Assembly (NCBI GenBank): GCA_963702005.1
Contig: OY969696.1
Coordinates: 3,392,001-3,456,000 of the forward strand
Direction: 5' to 3'
Length of the DNA: 64,000 nucleotides
DNA from: Candidatus Aminicenantes bacterium
Lineage (GTDB): Bacteria > Acidobacteriota > Aminicenantia > Aminicenantales > JAFGBC01
A program made the position numbers and the translations under genes. Below the pieces are notes generated by a model. The model was not told the origin of the DNA, ran no database searches, and saw only the letters and a program-made list of their open reading frames with translations. Positions 59,951-64,000 of the stretch are shown here, in pieces (the first letter of the stretch is position 1; the number at the start of each line of letters is the position of its first letter).

Positions 59951-62026
59951 CTAAAATACCCGCTTCCAAATGCCGCCGAACCGGGTCCCGGCATAGAGGG
60001 TCCGGCTCGCCGCGTCGATTTCCAGCCACTGGGTGTTATAGACGGTCAGGCCACCGCTGAACCACGACCAGGTCAGGCCGCGGTCTTGGCTGTATTGGAT
60101 CCCCGAAGGGTCCCCTACAAAGACTTCTTTGGGGTTATTTTTATTAATAGCGATGGCCTCCGCATCCCAGAAGTCTCCGGTCTTCGCCCAGCTCGCTCCG
60201 CCGTTCCCGCTCCGAAATACGCCGTCCCAGGTCCCGACGTAGACGATGTTCGTGTTCACGGGGTCGATAACGATAGTCAAGGGGTGAGCCTGAGTCGGCA
60301 CGGCGAGCGCTGCCCAGCTCGCGCCGCCGTTCGTGCTCTTGTAACAGACGGGGATATCAGCCGCGGTTTGGCCCGTGACATAGAGAATATTTCCGTTCTT
60401 GGGGTCGACGGCCGCCGCCGTGGCGACGCTGTCGTCATCGTTCCGGATCTTGATGCTCGTCCAGCTCGCGCCGCCGTTTTTGCTGACATGGAGCCCCATG
60501 TACTTCGGGCCGGCGTCGACGCCGCCCACCTGTCCGGCGGCTACGACGGTGTTAGGGTCGGCGGGGCTCAGCGCGAGATTTTCGCAGTTGTGGTGAAGAA
60601 TGTTCTTGAAGGATACGCCGCGGTCCGCCGACTTGTAGACCTCGTCGGGGCCGCTGCTCCCGGCCAGGACGTAGACCGTCTTGGGATTCGTGGGATGGAC
60701 GGCGAAGCGGATGACCTCGTCCGAGAGGTAGAAATCCGGGCCCTTCGTCCAGTTCGCGCCGCCGTCACCGGACTTGAAGATTCCGTAGGCGTTCGCCGCC
60801 GCGTATATATTCAGCGGCGCCGAGGGCGCGAGCCCGAAGGCAGGAACATCCGTCGCCCGGATCCCGGCATGGCTCGACTTCCAGGAGACGCCCGCGTTCG
60901 TGCTTTGAAAAATCCCAGCCGAGGTGGCGGCATGGACCCGCGGCCCCCGGGCCAGGATCCTGAGGCCCTTCCCGTAATATCCGCTGCCGTAAAGCTTCCA
61001 GGTCTTTCCCCCGTCCGCGCTCTTGTAACAGCCCTTGTCAGTCGCCGTGGAGTTCAGGTTCCCGGCGTAAATGATGTTGGAGTTGGAGGCGTCGATGGCC
61101 ACGGTGTTGGCAGAGAAGTCGCTGGACGGCGAAACCTGCGCGCTCCAGGACGATCCGGCGTCGCTCGTCCGAGCTACGCCGTACTGATGGGCGACATAGG
61201 CCTTGTTCGCGTCCTTGGAGTCGAGCGCCAGTCCGAAGAGTTGACCGCCGCCGTTCTCGGGGTTGAAGACCGCGGCGGAGGTAACGTCCTTCCAGTCCCG
61301 GCCGCCGTTGGTCGAGACGAAGACGCGGGGAATCCAGACGTACGAGCCGGTCTTGCTGAAATAGCCGCAGAGAAAGACAACGTCCGGATTCTGCGGGGAG
61401 AAGGCGACGTCGCAGACGATACCTCTATATGAGGAGGCTTCGAACTTCTGGACAGCCCATGTTTTGCCGCCGTCGGCGGATTTGATGAGGGCCATACAGG
61501 TGCTATAGGAACCGGAGCTTTTGGCATACGTTCCTGAGGCGATCAGGATTTTCGAGTTCGTGAGCTTCACGGCAAGCCGGCCCTGGTTCACATTAAATCC
61601 TTTGGGGAAATCTATTTCGCTGAATGTCGCGCCCCGGTCCGTGGATTTGAAGAAATGCCAGGCCCCTATGACGTAGACCGTATTCGAGTCCAGAGGGTCC
61701 AGGACGATGTCATAGAGGTAGTCTGTCAGGAGAGCGGTTCGAGTCCAGGACTGGCCGTTGTTTGTGGAGCGAAAAACCTGGCCCGGGTAGCCCATGGCCA
61801 CGGCATAGAGCTCTTTGGCCGACTTGGAATTCCGCGTTAGGCCCTTGATCTCGCCGCCGTAGGGACCGATTGCGGTCCAGGTGCCGGCGTCTTCACGCAC
61901 CGCGACGGCCGGGGCCGTTACCTGTGCGCTCCATGCCTGAGCCGGACCGGGCCAGGGGCCGATAAACGCGGCTGCCAAAACCAGAGCCGGCACCAAGGCT
62001 AAAAGCGAAACGATGTTTTTTTTCAC
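59951..62026 (-). CDS. Secreted BNR/Asp-box repeat beta-propeller protein, paralogue 3
   Basis: GTG start with GAGGAGG, W.AIGPYGG, CMALIKS, many SxDGGxxW boxes. Promoter TTGACA-N18-TATTAT at 62122-62093. Confidence 0.85.
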   Translation of the reverse strand: MKKNIVSLLALVPALVLAAAFIGPWPGPAQAWSAQVTAPAVAVREDAGTWTAIGPYGGEIKGLTRNSKSAKELYAVAMGYPGQVFRSTNNGQSWTRTALLTDYLYDIVLDPLDSNTVYVIGAWHFFKSTDRGATFSEIDFPKGFNVNQGRLAVKLTNSKILIASGTYAKSSGSYSTCMALIKSADGGKTWAVQKFEASSYRGIVCDVAFSPQNPDVVFLCGYFSKTGSYVWIPRVFVSTNGGRDWKDVTSAAVFNPENGGGQLFGLALDSKDANKAYVAHQYGVARTSDAGSSWSAQVSPSSDFSANTVAIDASNSNIIYAGNLNSTATDKGCYKSADGGKTWKLYGSGYYGKGLRILARGPRVHAATSAGIFQSTNAGVSWKSSHAGIRATDVPAFGLAPSAPLNIYAAANAYGIFKSGDGGANWTKGPDFYLSDEVIRFAVHPTNPKTVYVLAGSSGPDEVYKSADRGVSFKNILHHNCENLALSPADPNTVVAAGQVGGVDAGPKYMGLHVSKNGGASWTSIKIRNDDDSVATAAAVDPKNGNILYVTGQTAADIPVCYKSTNGGASWAALAVPTQAHPLTIVIDPVNTNIVYVGTWDGVFRSGNGGASWAKTGDFWDAEAIAINKNNPKEVFVGDPSGIQYSQDRGLTWSWFSGGLTVYNTQWLEIDAASRTLYAGTRFGGIWKRVF

Positions 62027-62250
62027 GATGCCCTCCTCAAATGACGAGAGTCCCCTCGTCCAATCAGTCGAATAGTTCTTGGACTGTGTTGAATAATAAA
62101 GGGCAGGGCCGCCCGCTGTCAATCTATCCATGAACTTAGTCGGTCAATTTGTTTTGGGCTTGCGCTATGATAGAATGGATAAGGTTGACGGCAAGGGTGG
62201 AATTGAGATACGTTCGTGACAAAGGAAGGACTGAGGGCTGAGGCAGACCG

Positions 62251-62913
62251 ATGACAAAGACGATCGCCGAAAACGTCCGCGCCCTTCTGGCCGACCTCCC
62301 TCCCGGCGTCGAGCTGGTGGCCGCCGCTAAAACCCGGACTCCCGAGGAGATCCTGGAAGCGGTCGGAGCCGGGATCAAGGCCGTCGGGGAAAACTACGTC
62401 CAGGAGGCGGCCGCCGCGATCGCCGTCGTCGGCCGGGGCGTCCGTTGGCATTTCATCGGCCATCTCCAGACGAACAAGGTCAAAAAAGCGGTCGAGATCT
62501 TCGACCTCATCGAGACCGTGGACTCGGTCGAGCTCGCCGGCGAGATCGACAAGCGCGCCGCGGAGGCGGGCAAAGTCATGCCCGTCCTCGTCGAAATCAA
62601 CAGCGGCCGCGAACGCCAGAAAGCGGGCGTCATGCCCGAGGAGGCGGAAGCCTTGGTCCGCGAGATCGCTCCCTTCAAGAACATCCGGCTCGAAGGCCTG
62701 ATGACGATGGGCCCCTTCGAGGGGAATCCCGAGGACGCCCGCCCCTACTTCCGGGAGACCAAGCGGACTCTCGAGAACCTCAAAGCCCTGTCCATCCCCG
62801 GCATCGAAATGCATCGCCTCTCGATGGGGATGACCAATTCCTTCAAGGTCGCCGTCGAAGAGGGCGCGACCATGGTCCGGATCGGAACTCTCATCTTCGG
62901 CCCGCGGCCGTAG
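62251..62913 (+). CDS. yggS: YggS/PROSC family PLP-binding protein
   Basis: AAKT, GENYVQE, WHFIGHLQTNK, GLMTM, LSMGM, VRIGTLIFG. Confidence 0.93.
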   Translation: MTKTIAENVRALLADLPPGVELVAAAKTRTPEEILEAVGAGIKAVGENYVQEAAAAIAVVGRGVRWHFIGHLQTNKVKKAVEIFDLIETVDSVELAGEIDKRAAEAGKVMPVLVEINSGRERQKAGVMPEEAEALVREIAPFKNIRLEGLMTMGPFEGNPEDARPYFRETKRTLENLKALSIPGIEMHRLSMGMTNSFKVAVEEGATMVRIGTLIFGPRP

Positions 62914-62953
62914 GCCGGCCCGGCCGGAAAAAAACGAAGGCCAAGGAGGGCCG

Positions 62954-64000
62954 ATGAAAAGGCTGTCGACGTCGGCGCTGATCGCGCTGTGCGCGATCGT
63001 CGGAACGCTTGCGGCCGGACCGCTCCGGATGACTCTGCCGAAAGCCCCGCTTGCTTGGAGCGAGCTGGGACCTTCGGGCGGCGATATCCGGGGGATCGCT
63101 TTCAACCCCCTCAATCCAAAGGAACTCTGGGCCGTCTCGAAAAGCGGCCAGGTCTTTAAAACCGCCGATTCTGGAAAGACCTGGATGCGGACGGCATTCC
63201 TGGCGGACGAGCTTTTCGATATCGCCGTCGCGCCGAGCCGCCCTTCCGTCCTTTTCGCGCTCGGCACGGCCGCCCTGTTTCGGTCGGCGGACGGAGGGCG
63301 GACTTGGACGAAGCGCCCCCTTCCGTCCGGTGGTCACGGCGATGAGGGCCGTTCTGGCGGTCAATCCCAAGGCGCCTGACACCGTCTTCGCCGCGGGCAA
63401 CATCCGTTCCGGAAGCTCGAAATGGATGGCCGTCTTCAAGACGACGAACGGCGGTCAATCCTGGACGGCGACGAAGCTGGCCGCGACCTCCCATGATGGA
63501 ACCGCCCGCAGCGTGGCGGTCGATCCCATCAACACATCCACCGTCTTTGTCTGCGGCGGCTATGAGGACACCAAAAAGTATTACATTTTCAAGAGCGTGG
63601 ACTCCGGAAAGACCTGGCGTGACTTTACGGGCACGGTCCAGGGAGCCCCTTACGAGCTCATCGTCGACCCGGCCGACTCGGCTAAAGTCTATGTCACGAC
63701 GACCAGTCGCTTTTTCCAAAGCCATGACGGAGGCAAGACCTGGCAGGACAGCGGCGGGGACGGCTTCGGCAGCACAATGGGATTGAGCGCGACCAGCCCC
63801 CGCGTCCTGTTTACCTGCTTTGACACCGGCTGGGTCTACAAGAGTCTTGACGGCTATAACTGGACCCACCTCAAGACCGGATTCTATGGGGAAGCGCGGC
63901 GGTTTGCGATCGTTCCGGGCGAAATTCACCTCGCCTCGATTTCGGGCCTCATCAGGAGCGTCAACGGCGGCGTGACCTGGACGTTGAACCAGGAAGGGAT
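62954..64000 (+). CDS. Secreted BNR/Asp-box beta-propeller protein, paralogue 4 (3' partial; +1 frameshift at ~63353)
   Basis: WSELGPSGGDI, TADSGKTW, SADGGRTW. After the shift it reads GRLAVNPKAPDTVFAAG...MAVFKTTNGGQSW and continues to the window end. Confidence 0.8.

Overview
This is a GC-rich bacterial chromosomal window of about 47 genes. An Acidobacterial-type VWA protein, EfpL and many secreted peptidases and beta-propellers suggest an Acidobacteriota/Aminicenantes-like genome (inference). Core content: four BNR/Asp-box beta-propeller paralogues, patB, an M16 peptidase pair, GH9, a TolB-like protein, S9 and M28 peptidases, fabF plus a FabX-like flavoprotein, transketolase, dGTPase, potABCD, RluA, EfpL, two HD-GYP proteins, a DEAD-box helicase, an IorAB-like molybdoenzyme with XdhC/MocA, and YggS. 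The most notable feature is a ~4.7 kb AT-rich island (28665-33385). It encodes a TIR protein whose stop codon overlaps the start of the host dGTPase, and a divergent 1179-aa protein with a HEPN-like N-terminus and no NTPase motif, so it is a candidate uncharacterised anti-phage module. Hidden mobility scars: a 66-bp duplication of an esterase 3' end flanking two lipoprotein genes, two IS91-like relics flanking a methyltransferase/GT-C pair, a three-hairpin IS200/IS605-like miniature element, and outward-facing GGGGTCGGACC inverted repeats around a 3.2-kb block. Seven +1 frameshifts are most likely sequencing errors. No rRNA, tRNA or CRISPR array was seen.
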